This document shows positions 10,445 through 20,683 of a stretch of DNA of 64,000 nt, piece after piece. Source of the stretch: an uncultured virus (IMG/VR IMGVR_UViG_3300005613_000039) (taxonomy: Duplodnaviria; Heunggongvirae; Uroviricota; Caudoviricetes); the IMG/VR virus record IMGVR_UViG_3300005613_000039; one strand, written 5' to 3'. A model generated the notes under the pieces. It ran no database searches and had not been told where the DNA came from. It was given only the letters and a program-made list of their open reading frames with translations. Within the stretch, counting starts at the first letter, position 1. Every line of letters starts with the position of its first letter. The position numbers and the translations under genes were made by a program.

Positions 10445-11199
10445 TGAATCGTCACAAAAGAGCTAAAAAATTGAAACAGATTTTGACAAAAAGTTTTCTT
10501 AAACAAGAATATCTTGATAAAAAATTATCTTCACATAAAATTGCAAAAAATTTAAAAACATCGCATACAGTTGTTACTAAATATTTGCATAAATATAATA
10601 TTCAGATTCGTACTAAATCTGAAAATTTTAAAAATCGTAAATATTCTAAAGAAACTCTACAACGAATGTCTGATAGTCATAAAGGGTTAGTTCCTTGGAA
10701 TAAAGGAAAAATAAATATTTATTCCAAAAGCACTCTTAATAAAATACGACAGGCAAATATTGCAAGAAATTTGAAAAGAGCGAATCATCCTAATTGGAAA
10801 GGTGGAAAACCTAAATGTATTGATTGTGGAAAAGAAGTCTCAACATACAATACTAAAAGATGCCAAAAATGCTACGTAGAACATAATCGAGCAGAAAATC
10901 ACTATAATTGGCAAAACGGTCTTACTTCTTTAGCTTTACGAATTAGACACTGTGCATTATATAAGAAATGGAGAATGCAGATTTTTAAACGAGACAATTA
11001 TACTTGTCAAAAGTGTAAGAAACGAGGAAACAGATTAGAAGCTGATCATTATCCTAAGACTTTTGCGAGTATATTACACAAAAGAAATATAAAAAGTTTA
11101 AATGATGCAGAAAAATGTCATGAATTCTGGGACCTAAATAACGGTCGAACTTTATGCAAAACATGTCATAAAATTTATGGATTACATAACAGAAATTAA
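10432..11199 (+). CDS. HNH homing endonuclease with HTH and NUMOD3 motifs
   Basis: RDNYTCQKC..LEADH..NNGRTLCKTCH HNH core; VPWNKG; CIDCGK. Confidence 0.85.
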   Translation: MLVIMNRHKRAKKLKQILTKSFLKQEYLDKKLSSHKIAKNLKTSHTVVTKYLHKYNIQIRTKSENFKNRKYSKETLQRMSDSHKGLVPWNKGKINIYSKSTLNKIRQANIARNLKRANHPNWKGGKPKCIDCGKEVSTYNTKRCQKCYVEHNRAENHYNWQNGLTSLALRIRHCALYKKWRMQIFKRDNYTCQKCKKRGNRLEADHYPKTFASILHKRNIKSLNDAEKCHEFWDLNNGRTLCKTCHKIYGLHNRN

Positions 11200-11216
11200 A
11201 TGAAGGAGATTAAGCA

Positions 11217-11843
11217 ATGGCTTTAACAATTTATGCTAATACCGGATCGCAAGATTCCGCATTAGGCTCATTTGGTGTTGAATTTACAGAAATCAACGTC
11301 GACAATGATGAAATTATTTTTAGTGCGGGAAGTGACGTTGTTAAAGATGGCGAACCTATTCCCAGCGACAGTGATTTGAATCAAGCCGGCGTATTTTTAG
11401 ATGGAACTGAACAAATAGTTGATAAATATTTTTTAGCCGACGTAAGCGATGATGAATTGAAAGAGATTCATTTAATGGGCAATCAAAATAAGAGATATGT
11501 ATTAGCTTTTGATTTTGATGCGGCCACAGCCACTGAACCCGTTTTTGAAGCTTGGGATGACTCAGATTTAGATACTGTTACATCGACTACATTAGGATCA
11601 GGAACACCTTCAAGTAGTTTTTATAGAGGAGTCACAACGACAGATGCTTTGCCTGGTGCAGATTGGACAGGGAAAAGATTAGCCGGATCATCCGACAATC
11701 ACTTTTTATATCTGAATAATGAAAATGGCCCATTAACTGGAGCCGCAACATTATATGCCAATCTAAAATTAATATATCCAGCTACATTAACATCTGGAGT
11801 ATCAGATAATATAGTTTTTGTTGTTAAATATGCAACGAATTAA
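11217..11843 (+). CDS. Putative tail/baseplate structural protein
   Basis: AAGGAG SD, acidic beta-rich, in tail block. Confidence 0.5.
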   Translation: MALTIYANTGSQDSALGSFGVEFTEINVDNDEIIFSAGSDVVKDGEPIPSDSDLNQAGVFLDGTEQIVDKYFLADVSDDELKEIHLMGNQNKRYVLAFDFDAATATEPVFEAWDDSDLDTVTSTTLGSGTPSSSFYRGVTTTDALPGADWTGKRLAGSSDNHFLYLNNENGPLTGAATLYANLKLIYPATLTSGVSDNIVFVVKYATN

Positions 11844-11852
11844 GGATATTCG

Positions 11853-12458
11853 ATGACTGAATTTAAAAATTTTAATTATAGTTTACAAGAAGTAAGTGCT
11901 ATTGTTGCCGATTCAGCAAATGGTGAGTTTTTATGGATAGCGTTTAAACAAAATGCTTCTGGAAATTGTAAACTTTACAAAGTCAGTGCTAATAATCCCA
12001 ATCAAATATATTTTTCTATCGACTTGGCTGTTACTGAAATTAAACGTATGAAAATCGATGGCAATTATCTTTATGTTGCTGTTGAAGATGATACATATTT
12101 TGCTTATAGATATTCGTTAAGTAATCCCTTAACCAACAGTACAACTTTTGCTATACCTTCTGGTGTTACTGAAGCTCCAGTAGATATCGGCATTGAAACT
12201 GATTATTTAGATTTTTTAACTCCAGGAACTGCAAGTGGTTCAGTTCCAAAAATTATTAGAATTGCTATTTCTTCTTTTACATTAGATCAAGTTATAAATA
12301 TTGAAGTTAGTGGTGAAGATATTGAAAATGCTTCTGGTATCAGTGTCAGTAGTGGAGATAATATATGGGTGGTTACAAGAACATCACCTTCAAAATTAAT
12401 TCGTGTTTACGAATCATCAGGAAGTATTTTTTTATTTCAAGTACATGAAATTTCTTAA
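11853..12458 (+). CDS. Putative tail protein with about four beta-propeller-like blades
   Basis: Four ~45-aa segments with repeating four-strand pattern (e.g. IDGNYLYVAV, SGDNIWVVT). Confidence 0.45.
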   Translation: MTEFKNFNYSLQEVSAIVADSANGEFLWIAFKQNASGNCKLYKVSANNPNQIYFSIDLAVTEIKRMKIDGNYLYVAVEDDTYFAYRYSLSNPLTNSTTFAIPSGVTEAPVDIGIETDYLDFLTPGTASGSVPKIIRIAISSFTLDQVINIEVSGEDIENASGISVSSGDNIWVVTRTSPSKLIRVYESSGSIFLFQVHEIS

Positions 12459-12469
12459 AGGAGATTAAG

Positions 12470-12943
12470 ATGGATTCAAAATCATTGAAATCAGGATTTA
12501 AATTAATTGGCGAAGTTGAATTGAAGTATATTGAACGTGCAACAGGCAAAGTTTTAGCTATTTATCGAGGACGAAATACGGTCGTAGATACTGGACTTGA
12601 TAGAGTCACGAGATTGATAGGTGGCAATTCATCAACAAATTTTACTCATCTCGCTATTGGTACAGGCACAACTGCTGTTCAGAGTACAGATACCGAACTA
12701 GAGACTGAGGTAGCTCGTCAAGCGGCTACAATTACATATCCAGCTAATGGACAAGTAAAATTTAATAAATTATTTACTTTTGGCTCGGGCGAAAGTTATT
12801 CAATTTCTGAAGTTGGTATTTTTGATAATGCTGTTGCCAGCGGAAGCACAATGCTCAATCGAATGATACAGTCACCGGCAAAAGATGTTGATGCTGATAT
12901 TGATTTAGATGTTTCAATTACAGTTACAGCACAAAGACCATAA
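12470..12943 (+). CDS. Tail-fibre/baseplate attachment protein (tail-collar-like)
   Basis: NTVVDTG..HLAIGTGTTA..DTELETEVAR..ISEVGIF..GSTMLNR motif string common in phage tail fibre N-termini. Confidence 0.7.
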   Translation: MDSKSLKSGFKLIGEVELKYIERATGKVLAIYRGRNTVVDTGLDRVTRLIGGNSSTNFTHLAIGTGTTAVQSTDTELETEVARQAATITYPANGQVKFNKLFTFGSGESYSISEVGIFDNAVASGSTMLNRMIQSPAKDVDADIDLDVSITVTAQRP

Positions 12944-12959
12944 TTCAAGAGGTTAATAA

Positions 12960-15900
12960 ATGGCTTTTCTTTCAGGTTCTTTATATAGGAAAAAATTAAC
13001 ATTTGATCAAGATTTAATTCCATCAAATCAAAATGATTTTCGTGTTTTGGTAACTTTAACGAATTCAAATTTTGATTTTAGTAAATCTTATTCTGATGGT
13101 ACAGATATTCGTTTTACGGCAGATGATGGAACTACTGAATTAAAATTTGATCGAGAATATCATGACGATACAGATGAAGAAGGATATTATTTTGTTCGCA
13201 TTCCCTCTGTTGTCTCTGGATCAGGTAATACGAATGAGTTCTATATATATTATGGAGGGGATGGTTTATCAGATGCGGCTGATCCTGAAAATACATGGAA
13301 AGCTAGTCAGTCAGCGAATCCTGATTATAATGCTGTTTGGCACATGAAAGAATCTCTTAACGGAACTATTGGAGAACTCGAAGATGTATTAAGTCAAGAT
13401 ACTTATGTAGCAGAATCATTAAACACCTCTAATGCTTCAGCAGATTCTGAATATGATGTAAGTTATTCAGCAGATAAAGCTGTTGATGACGACACGAATA
13501 CATTCTGGGCGTCCGATGATTCTGATTCTCCTCACTGGTTAATGTACGATTTTGGCTCTGGAAACTCAAAGGTGATAGCCAAAACTGCCATTACTCCTTG
13601 GGGCGATAGTTATGGATATGGTGTTAAAGATTTCACTGTTCAAGGTTCTAATGATGCTAGTAATTGGGACAATCTTTATTCAGATCAACATGCTGATAAT
13701 GATACAAGAGTTGAATATACATTTACAAACTTAACAGCGTATCGTTATTATCGTTTATATTTTTCGAATACTTGGAGAACTGATTATAGTAAACAAGATG
13801 TTAAAGAGTGGGAATTATTTTCATTGGATCAAGGACTCGATGGTCAAGGAGCAGGTTCTTCGATTCCAGTTCAGGTCGATGGAATTATTTATAAAGGTAA
13901 TCAAGGTCAAGGCTCATCTTCATATGTAACAGTTCCTGATAGCAGTGATTTTTATTTGTCTGGAGACTTTACTATTGAATGGAAAATGAAGTGGATTAGT
14001 AGTGTTAGTAATGGGTCTATTTTAGGACAATCAGAAGGAGGTGGAGCTAACAAGAAATGGTTTATTAATTACGGTTCTTTAGTTGGCGGTCGATTGACAT
14101 TTCTTTTTTATTTAACTGGTACTCAACAAGTACATTTTGTCTGGACACCTTCTGCTGACACTGATTATCACTGTATGCTGACAAGAGAGGGTAATAATTT
14201 TAAATTTTATGTAAACGGTTCGCAAATTGGAGGAACTCAAACAAACTCAAATGCTTTACCAGATTGCGATTCGCCTTTTATAATATTCAGCGAAGGCGAA
14301 AGTTGGCAATGGTTTTCTGGTCTTTTAGATGAAATTCGTTTAATAAATGGAACGTCTAAATCTGAGAATTATGCATCGTTAGCATACGAGTCTGATCGAA
14401 ATAATTTATTAACTTTTGGAAGTGAAGAAGAAGCTCCGATTATCGATAACGAAGACGCTTTTGAATTAACTGAAATACTTGAAATGAAAGTATCTAAAGA
14501 AATTATTGACTTATCGGAATCCTTAGAATTAGATGATAACGCAACATTAAAGCCTTCAGTTGAATTTATTGATTTATCCGAAACTTTAGAACTCGACAAT
14601 GTTAAAACTATTTCACCTGTTAATGAAGTTAATTTGGCTAGTAGAATTATTTCTTTTAATCCTTTAATTATTATCAGCGATACTGACCCAGTAGAATTAG
14701 TGAGAGTTGATGTATCTGATCCGGCAAATCCAAATTGGAGCATTTACACGATCAGCGATTTAAGCGTTAAAAATGCCAAAGATATTTATTATGACGAGAC
14801 CGAAGAAATGATTTATATTGCTTGTGCGGAAGGTCAAATTTTAAAAGTCGATAAAAGCGATTTTGCTACTCGTACTCAGATTGATACTGGAGATACAGAT
14901 GATTTAACGAATATAGATGGTATACATACTTTAGCTAAAATTTTTGCAAGTACTAACAGCACAACCGGCGAAATTATTGCTTTAGACAATAGAACAACAA
15001 GTATCTTAAATACTGATGCTAGAGCTATTATACAAGTGGAAGATATTCTAACTGTGAGAGCGAATGCTGTTATAGGTGCAATTTTAAGCACTGATGCGAG
15101 AGCAATCGCACAAGTGAACACTATTCTTAAAACAGATGCTAGAGCTTATTATGTTCCAGCTGATAAACCTCAGACATACACCGGTATTAATTTAAATCCT
15201 ACAGCACAAACAGATTTTCATGTCTATATCGATGACGTTGAATTAACAGACTCTGATTTGAAAGTGGATTCTATTATAATCGATCACGTTATTGATGATA
15301 ACAGTACTGCGAATTTTGTCTTAACTCGAAGACATGATGATTTAAATACCGATTTTGCAGGTAATTCTGTAGAAATCACCAATCAGAACTCCGTTAAAAT
15401 ATATATTGGAAGTCGTTTAGAATTCAGTGGTAATATTTCTAATTTAGAATGTAACAGTGAAACAGAAACAGTGCAAGTGAACGCTATCGCTGACGAAAAA
15501 ACTTCAAATTCTAAAACTATTGGTGTCCCGTTATCCAGTTTAAACGCAGATGCTCATCTCTATGACGCATTTTTATTAAATCCTGTTATTGATAACCCGA
15601 TTATTGCCAGTGACGACGAAAATCCTGAATACTACAAGGGTATTAGAGTTGATTTAGGTGTTGAGAAAAAAGAAAGTCTAAGACGAATTAGATATATGGG
15701 ATTAACCAGTACATTGGCAGAGAAAATTCAAGACGGAACATTTAAACCGTCACAAAATGATACATATTTTTGGTTTGGTAAGGGAGAGAATGTAACTACA
15801 GGACAAACTCTCGCTACATTAAGATATGTTGGGACAAGTTTCAGTGGATTTAATGGCGATTTATGGGTTTTAACGGGGGCAAGTTATAGAAAACAAAGAG

Positions 15901-16451
15901 AATTTGACAATATCGAGACAGATTTAGGATATTATACTGTTGGGTCGGCACCATATAATGACATCAGTGTTAAAAACGGAAAATATATTCCTAAAGATAA
16001 ATATGAAGACAGAACAGACGGATTATATAGAGTACGAGAAGCCGGATATGATTTTACAAGCTACGCTCAACAAGTCGCCGATATTGAATATGATAAATTA
16101 AAAAATATTAATGGAACTCTATTTCCTAAAACAAGTGCAATAATACAGTTAAGTGTTGATGGATATTTATACTATGATCCTTCTTTATCTACTCGTATTA
16201 ACATAACTAATACAACATCTGCTGACATATACAAGAATAATAATGGTTTTCCTGTTGCAGTCAAGAGTATCAATATTAATTCCGAAACCATGAGAGTAAC
16301 ATTAAAAACAGATAATAATCTATCAGTTGCCGAGTTAGATGCCTTAGACGCTCAGTTACCAGACGAAACAAGTGACGAATTCGTTTTCGAATCTGATGAA
16401 GCGAGATTATTTACTAAATTTGATCCAAATAGTTATAAAACGGTAGAATAA
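12960..16451 (+). CDS. Large tail adhesin/hub protein (DUF2341 + F5/8 type C + LamG + tail-hub region)
   Basis: DGTDIRF..FVRIP..FYIYYG (DUF2341); ASADSEY..AVDDD..WLMYDFG..YRYYRLY (F5/8-like); FYVNG..FSGLLDEIRL (LamG). Confidence 0.8.
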   Translation: MAFLSGSLYRKKLTFDQDLIPSNQNDFRVLVTLTNSNFDFSKSYSDGTDIRFTADDGTTELKFDREYHDDTDEEGYYFVRIPSVVSGSGNTNEFYIYYGGDGLSDAADPENTWKASQSANPDYNAVWHMKESLNGTIGELEDVLSQDTYVAESLNTSNASADSEYDVSYSADKAVDDDTNTFWASDDSDSPHWLMYDFGSGNSKVIAKTAITPWGDSYGYGVKDFTVQGSNDASNWDNLYSDQHADNDTRVEYTFTNLTAYRYYRLYFSNTWRTDYSKQDVKEWELFSLDQGLDGQGAGSSIPVQVDGIIYKGNQGQGSSSYVTVPDSSDFYLSGDFTIEWKMKWISSVSNGSILGQSEGGGANKKWFINYGSLVGGRLTFLFYLTGTQQVHFVWTPSADTDYHCMLTREGNNFKFYVNGSQIGGTQTNSNALPDCDSPFIIFSEGESWQWFSGLLDEIRLINGTSKSENYASLAYESDRNNLLTFGSEEEAPIIDNEDAFELTEILEMKVSKEIIDLSESLELDDNATLKPSVEFIDLSETLELDNVKTISPVNEVNLASRIISFNPLIIISDTDPVELVRVDVSDPANPNWSIYTISDLSVKNAKDIYYDETEEMIYIACAEGQILKVDKSDFATRTQIDTGDTDDLTNIDGIHTLAKIFASTNSTTGEIIALDNRTTSILNTDARAIIQVEDILTVRANAVIGAILSTDARAIAQVNTILKTDARAYYVPADKPQTYTGINLNPTAQTDFHVYIDDVELTDSDLKVDSIIIDHVIDDNSTANFVLTRRHDDLNTDFAGNSVEITNQNSVKIYIGSRLEFSGNISNLECNSETETVQVNAIADEKTSNSKTIGVPLSSLNADAHLYDAFLLNPVIDNPIIASDDENPEYYKGIRVDLGVEKKESLRRIRYMGLTSTLAEKIQDGTFKPSQNDTYFWFGKGENVTTGQTLATLRYVGTSFSGFNGDLWVLTGASYRKQREFDNIETDLGYYTVGSAPYNDISVKNGKYIPKDKYEDRTDGLYRVREAGYDFTSYAQQVADIEYDKLKNINGTLFPKTSAIIQLSVDGYLYYDPSLSTRINITNTTSADIYKNNNGFPVAVKSININSETMRVTLKTDNNLSVAELDALDAQLPDETSDEFVFESDEARLFTKFDPNSYKTVE

Positions 16452-16987
16452 TGTCAAGTTTTGAACAAACAAGAAAAAAAATTAAATGGAATTTTGAAAA
16501 TAGTCAAGCTAATTTTAAAGATGTTAATCGATTAGAAGATTTTCGTCTTAAATTTGACTCATCCAATTTCAATAAAAAATTCACGAAATATACTATTAAA
16601 GAAAATATACAGTTATTTAATTATCTTCATTCTGGAGATTCTGATGACTGGTCTCCTTATTATATCTCTTTTGACTTGCAAAATTTTACTGATGCATTTA
16701 TCAGAGATACAAAAGTTGTTTCTGTTTTAAAATTAGAAGATGGATTTCATTTAGGCGAAAATTATGGGGTTTTTTATACCGATGGCTCGACTAGTTTATT
16801 TCATCAATTCAATTATTGGTTTACAAAGATTGCCGAGAATAACTATAAATTACAGGGATTTTTAGATATTTATACAGTTAAGAAAAATCCTGACGACACA
16901 GGGATATATGTTCCCGTTTATTGGGATTTATATTTATATACTTATAATTTTCATAATTGGCAAACTATTCAAAGAAGTAAAACTTGA
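16451..16987 (+). CDS. Putative tail-associated protein (paralog 1)
   Basis: Overlaps upstream tail gene; N-terminal motif shared with next two ORFs. Confidence 0.55.
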   Translation: MSSFEQTRKKIKWNFENSQANFKDVNRLEDFRLKFDSSNFNKKFTKYTIKENIQLFNYLHSGDSDDWSPYYISFDLQNFTDAFIRDTKVVSVLKLEDGFHLGENYGVFYTDGSTSLFHQFNYWFTKIAENNYKLQGFLDIYTVKKNPDDTGIYVPVYWDLYLYTYNFHNWQTIQRSKT

Positions 16988-16998
16988 AAGGTTAAATC

Positions 16999-18417
16999 AT
17001 GTCTGGTTTTAAAGAATTACGACAAAAGGTTAAAAATACTTTTGAAGATAATAATCTGACAAAGTATTTATTTAGTTTAAGAGAAAATCTTAAAAATAAG
17101 TTATGGGGGCAATCTGAGAATTTTGTTGTTCCTAAAATTATTCATGATAGTGGTTGGTTGAGTAAAAGTACAACCGAAATAGATAGTCAATATGCAACAA
17201 AAGGAGATTTAACTTTTCAATCTTTAGCCTATGATTATACTTTAGAAGATTTAGAAATTTCAGAAGATTTATTTCCATTTATTCAAACTAATGTTATTGC
17301 AAAAGCTCCTCACGATTCAGAAATTTATTCTCTTTTATTAATTGATGGCAATACAAAGAGAGAATATTGTGAAGTTCGTTCGGGAGGTTTAATTTTTTCA
17401 GGTCCCCCACAAAATATTTATTATCGATACAGTAAAGATGATGTATTGAAGTCTGGTATTTATTCATTTTCTCATTATACCGATGTTTATCGTGGAGATA
17501 TCACTTGGACAAATTATGTATCAGACGATGTATACGAAATTAAAAATGCTCAAATCGATAAAATTAATTGGGTCGAAATAACTTCTTCGGAATGCGGTGG
17601 AGGAAATGATACACATATTTTTAATGGGTTGGCCATTCATACGATCTCATCTACTGCTGTAACGGCTACTGGAGACGAGACAATTACTGCCTATGTAACA
17701 AATCCATCCCCTGGCCCAACTTGCTTAGAGCAAAATATTAAAAATACAGGTATTAAATTGACAAAAAATTTTGCAGATTTAGAAGACTATACAATTTATT
17801 ATTCTGACGCAGAATATTATAAAAACGGAGAATTATTACACTCTAACGCTCATGGAAGTGTAGGAACCTACATTAATATAATTAATTCTAAATTATTTAC
17901 ATCTACTGATTTTTATCGTGTTTATTATAGTGACGCTTATCGTTTTACTTTTGGAATTAAAACAACTGGGACTCCAGAGGGCGATTTCACAAGTCGTGAA
18001 TTGGATAATGTACCCGACGAAGATGTTTATTCTAGCATAACTTTTCAAAGAAATCAAGGAACAAATCCACAAATTCTACAAAGCGATACTAAAATGCGTC
18101 AACGAGTTAATAAAAGTGAAGTTTGGTTTTTAAAAGATGAGAATATTCGTAATAATATTAACAAATATTATTTTTCGCTTCATGGTGGGTTTTATTTAAA
18201 GTCTCCCGCAAGAAAAGGAAACAAAATTTTTCCTAGATATGACGATACATATAATATTTCTGGAAGTTCTTATAGTATTACGAAAAATCATGATTTTAAT
18301 GATGAAGTGTTAGAATATGTTTCAGCTTCTCGTGATATTGAATATAAAATACAAATAACTGCTATTCCTCCTTTAAATTATCATTCAATCAAAAATTATA
18401 AAAAGAAGAATTTATAA
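16999..18417 (+). CDS. Putative tail-associated protein (paralog 2, with large central insertion)
   Basis: ORF track; shared N-terminal motif. Confidence 0.55.
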   Translation: MSGFKELRQKVKNTFEDNNLTKYLFSLRENLKNKLWGQSENFVVPKIIHDSGWLSKSTTEIDSQYATKGDLTFQSLAYDYTLEDLEISEDLFPFIQTNVIAKAPHDSEIYSLLLIDGNTKREYCEVRSGGLIFSGPPQNIYYRYSKDDVLKSGIYSFSHYTDVYRGDITWTNYVSDDVYEIKNAQIDKINWVEITSSECGGGNDTHIFNGLAIHTISSTAVTATGDETITAYVTNPSPGPTCLEQNIKNTGIKLTKNFADLEDYTIYYSDAEYYKNGELLHSNAHGSVGTYINIINSKLFTSTDFYRVYYSDAYRFTFGIKTTGTPEGDFTSRELDNVPDEDVYSSITFQRNQGTNPQILQSDTKMRQRVNKSEVWFLKDENIRNNINKYYFSLHGGFYLKSPARKGNKIFPRYDDTYNISGSSYSITKNHDFNDEVLEYVSASRDIEYKIQITAIPPLNYHSIKNYKKKNL

Positions 18418-18998
18418 TGAAATTGCGTTCATTTAATTTCCCTACTTTAAAAAAATTTAAACAAACAAAAAATAAAATTAGAAAAAATTTTCGTGATATT
18501 CAGAATCAAATTCAAAAAAATTTAAATCAATCGAATATTAATAATAAGATTGATTATGAACTGAAAAATATTAATCAATATTATAATCAGATTCATTCAA
18601 AAAAAATATTTGAGACAGAATGGGAATCTCCGCAAACTGTTTTAGAAGATTCGACTAATGGAACTATTAGAGCTATAGAGCATACTATTCGAGTCGAGAT
18701 AACAAAAATACCAGAAGATTATATCTCGAATATTAGATATAAGATATTAACAAGTTTAGGGGAGGGTGATCCAGAATTTAATCCTGGACCAGGATTATTG
18801 GCAATAATTTCGAGGGGATTTATTAAGAATGAAGTTATAAGCATTGAAGATATTGAAGGATTAGATAATATTAAAAAAGTGATTATTGATATACAAATGT
18901 TTTTATCAAATTTTGCTTATAGTAGTGTATATGAGCCTTCAGTTCCAATATACAAATTTAAATTGATTTGTAATTATCCAATCGTACATTTAAATTGA
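18417..18998 (+). CDS. Putative tail-associated protein (paralog 3), C-terminus truncated by 32-bp duplication
   Basis: ORF track; without the duplication the frame continues to TAA 19073-19075. Confidence 0.55.
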   Translation: MKLRSFNFPTLKKFKQTKNKIRKNFRDIQNQIQKNLNQSNINNKIDYELKNINQYYNQIHSKKIFETEWESPQTVLEDSTNGTIRAIEHTIRVEITKIPEDYISNIRYKILTSLGEGDPEFNPGPGLLAIISRGFIKNEVISIEDIEGLDNIKKVIIDIQMFLSNFAYSSVYEPSVPIYKFKLICNYPIVHLN

Positions 18999-19020
18999 TT
19001 TGTAATTATCCAATCGTACA
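18957..19020. repeat. Perfect 32-bp tandem duplication
   Basis: TTTAAATTGATTTGTAATTATCCAATCGTACA at 18957-18988 and 18989-19020. Confidence 0.95.
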
Positions 19021-19071
19021 TTTAAATGAAGATGAGAAATATAGAATTGATAGAGACTCGGAAGATTATCT

Positions 19072-19500
19072 CTAAAGTCGAGTGATCTTTGGTGAATTAG
19101 TAGCTTTACCTTTCTTCCAGCCAGACGTTCTCATAAAAACTTTCCAACCTTTAAATCTATCTTCTTCTATAATTGCTTCGTTCCCGTATTCTTCCCCAAT
19201 ATTTGCCATCCATTTATATACACGTTTTCGTTTCAAATCATAAATAATCTCATAAATTTTATCTTTATATAAGCCCATAAGAATTACAAATTGAATAGAT
19301 TTTTGAATAAAATTTCTTGAAAGTTTTTGTTGTCGAACTATTAGAAAATTATACGCTTCAAATCCTTCCAATCTACATTTAATACCTTTTAACTCGTGTT
19401 CGATAGCATTAATTGATACGTTCGAAGTTTCTAGCCACTTCGATTCAAAATCTTTTTTATTCTCGAAAACACTCTTATCATCAAAATATATTTTATACAT
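19072..19500 (-). CDS. Hypothetical protein
   Basis: ORF track; last gene of the - strand block. Confidence 0.6.
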   Translation of the reverse strand: MYKIYFDDKSVFENKKDFESKWLETSNVSINAIEHELKGIKCRLEGFEAYNFLIVRQQKLSRNFIQKSIQFVILMGLYKDKIYEIIYDLKRKRVYKWMANIGEEYGNEAIIEEDRFKGWKVFMRTSGWKKGKATNSPKITRL

Positions 19501-20254
19501 TTTTTATCCTTTGAATTATCGAATTTCTTATTAAAGATTGAGATATGTTTGAAGGATTTTTTTCTATTATAGAATAAAATTCTGCATGTGTTATCTTAGG
19601 AAATTCAGATATATGTGAATTCTTAGATACATTAAAAATTTTAGCTGATGTATTTATAAATGGTTTAAAATAATTATCACAATTCTTTTTATTATAGGGA
19701 TTTGTAGGATATTCAAAATTCCCGCCTCTTAATTTATTTCTTCCTACTCCTCCATACGCAAGACGTCCTAACCCTTTCTTGTTTAAATTTATTTCATTTT
19801 GATAAAAATGTGTCTCAAAGTTTGGACCCAATCCAGTTGCGTCATAACCAAGTAAATATATTTCTTTAAAATCTAATGCTATTGCAAGACTCAAAGCGAA
19901 TAGACCTACTAATTTTCCCGAATAAAGACCCTTTTTAAGTCCCTGTTTTGTATGATAATCTCTAGTAGCTATAAATAGAAATAAATTTGAACCAAGTTTA
20001 ATCTTTTCTTTTAATTGGGGATCATATTTGCCAATAATTAAACCTAACTTATCTAAATCTTTTTTATTTTCTATATAGAACTGAAAATCTACAAAACATG
20101 CGATTGTGGGTTTAAAATATTGATAACAGTAATTTAATCCAAAAGTACATTCATTTTTTATTCTTTTAAAAACTTCTAAATCTTTTGATTTTGAAATATG
20201 GTCATTATTTCTAATAGAATAACCTGAACCAATTATAATAGCTCTAGTATTCAT
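19493..20254 (-). CDS. DUF115/MptE-like (Maf-type glycosyltransferase-associated) protein
   Basis: AIIIGSGYSI..TFGLN..ACFVD..ALSLAIALDFKEIYLLGYD..THFY motifs. Confidence 0.7.
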   Translation of the reverse strand: MNTRAIIIGSGYSIRNNDHISKSKDLEVFKRIKNECTFGLNYCYQYFKPTIACFVDFQFYIENKKDLDKLGLIIGKYDPQLKEKIKLGSNLFLFIATRDYHTKQGLKKGLYSGKLVGLFALSLAIALDFKEIYLLGYDATGLGPNFETHFYQNEINLNKKGLGRLAYGGVGRNKLRGGNFEYPTNPYNKKNCDNYFKPFINTSAKIFNVSKNSHISEFPKITHAEFYSIIEKNPSNISQSLIRNSIIQRIKNV

Positions 20255-20683
20255 AGAATAGCTTTCTTTTAAATACTTTACTCAATAGATTGACATGATT
20301 TATAAAAATACGATACAAGATATGACTTTTTTATAATCGTCTCTTAGAATCGAAATATGAGCAATTTTTTACTTTATTTTAGATACTGTTTCAATTGTTT
20401 TGTCAATTGAATATGTTTGACAATAAACTTCCCAAACAGTCTCTTTAGATATTGCATAAGTCATACCAATCAAAGCACATATGCGTTTTATTAGAATTTC
20501 GTTCAATATAAAACCTCTATCTTGCTGAAACTTTTAAAAAATCTAAGTAACCTAATAATTTAAGCCCAACAATACCTCTTCTGGGTTTTTTAAAATATAA
20601 TAATTTGTGCGTTTTCTTTTCATAAACTGGTTTTAATCCATTTTTAATTAATCTGGCAATGATAGCATCTCTTTGATATTTAC

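Noticed and set aside
20255..20370. Intergenic TTGACA and TTATAAAAA/TTTTTATAA inverted repeat as promoter or recombinase site
   Set aside because: No properly spaced -10 box; an AT-only repeat is expected by chance in this composition.
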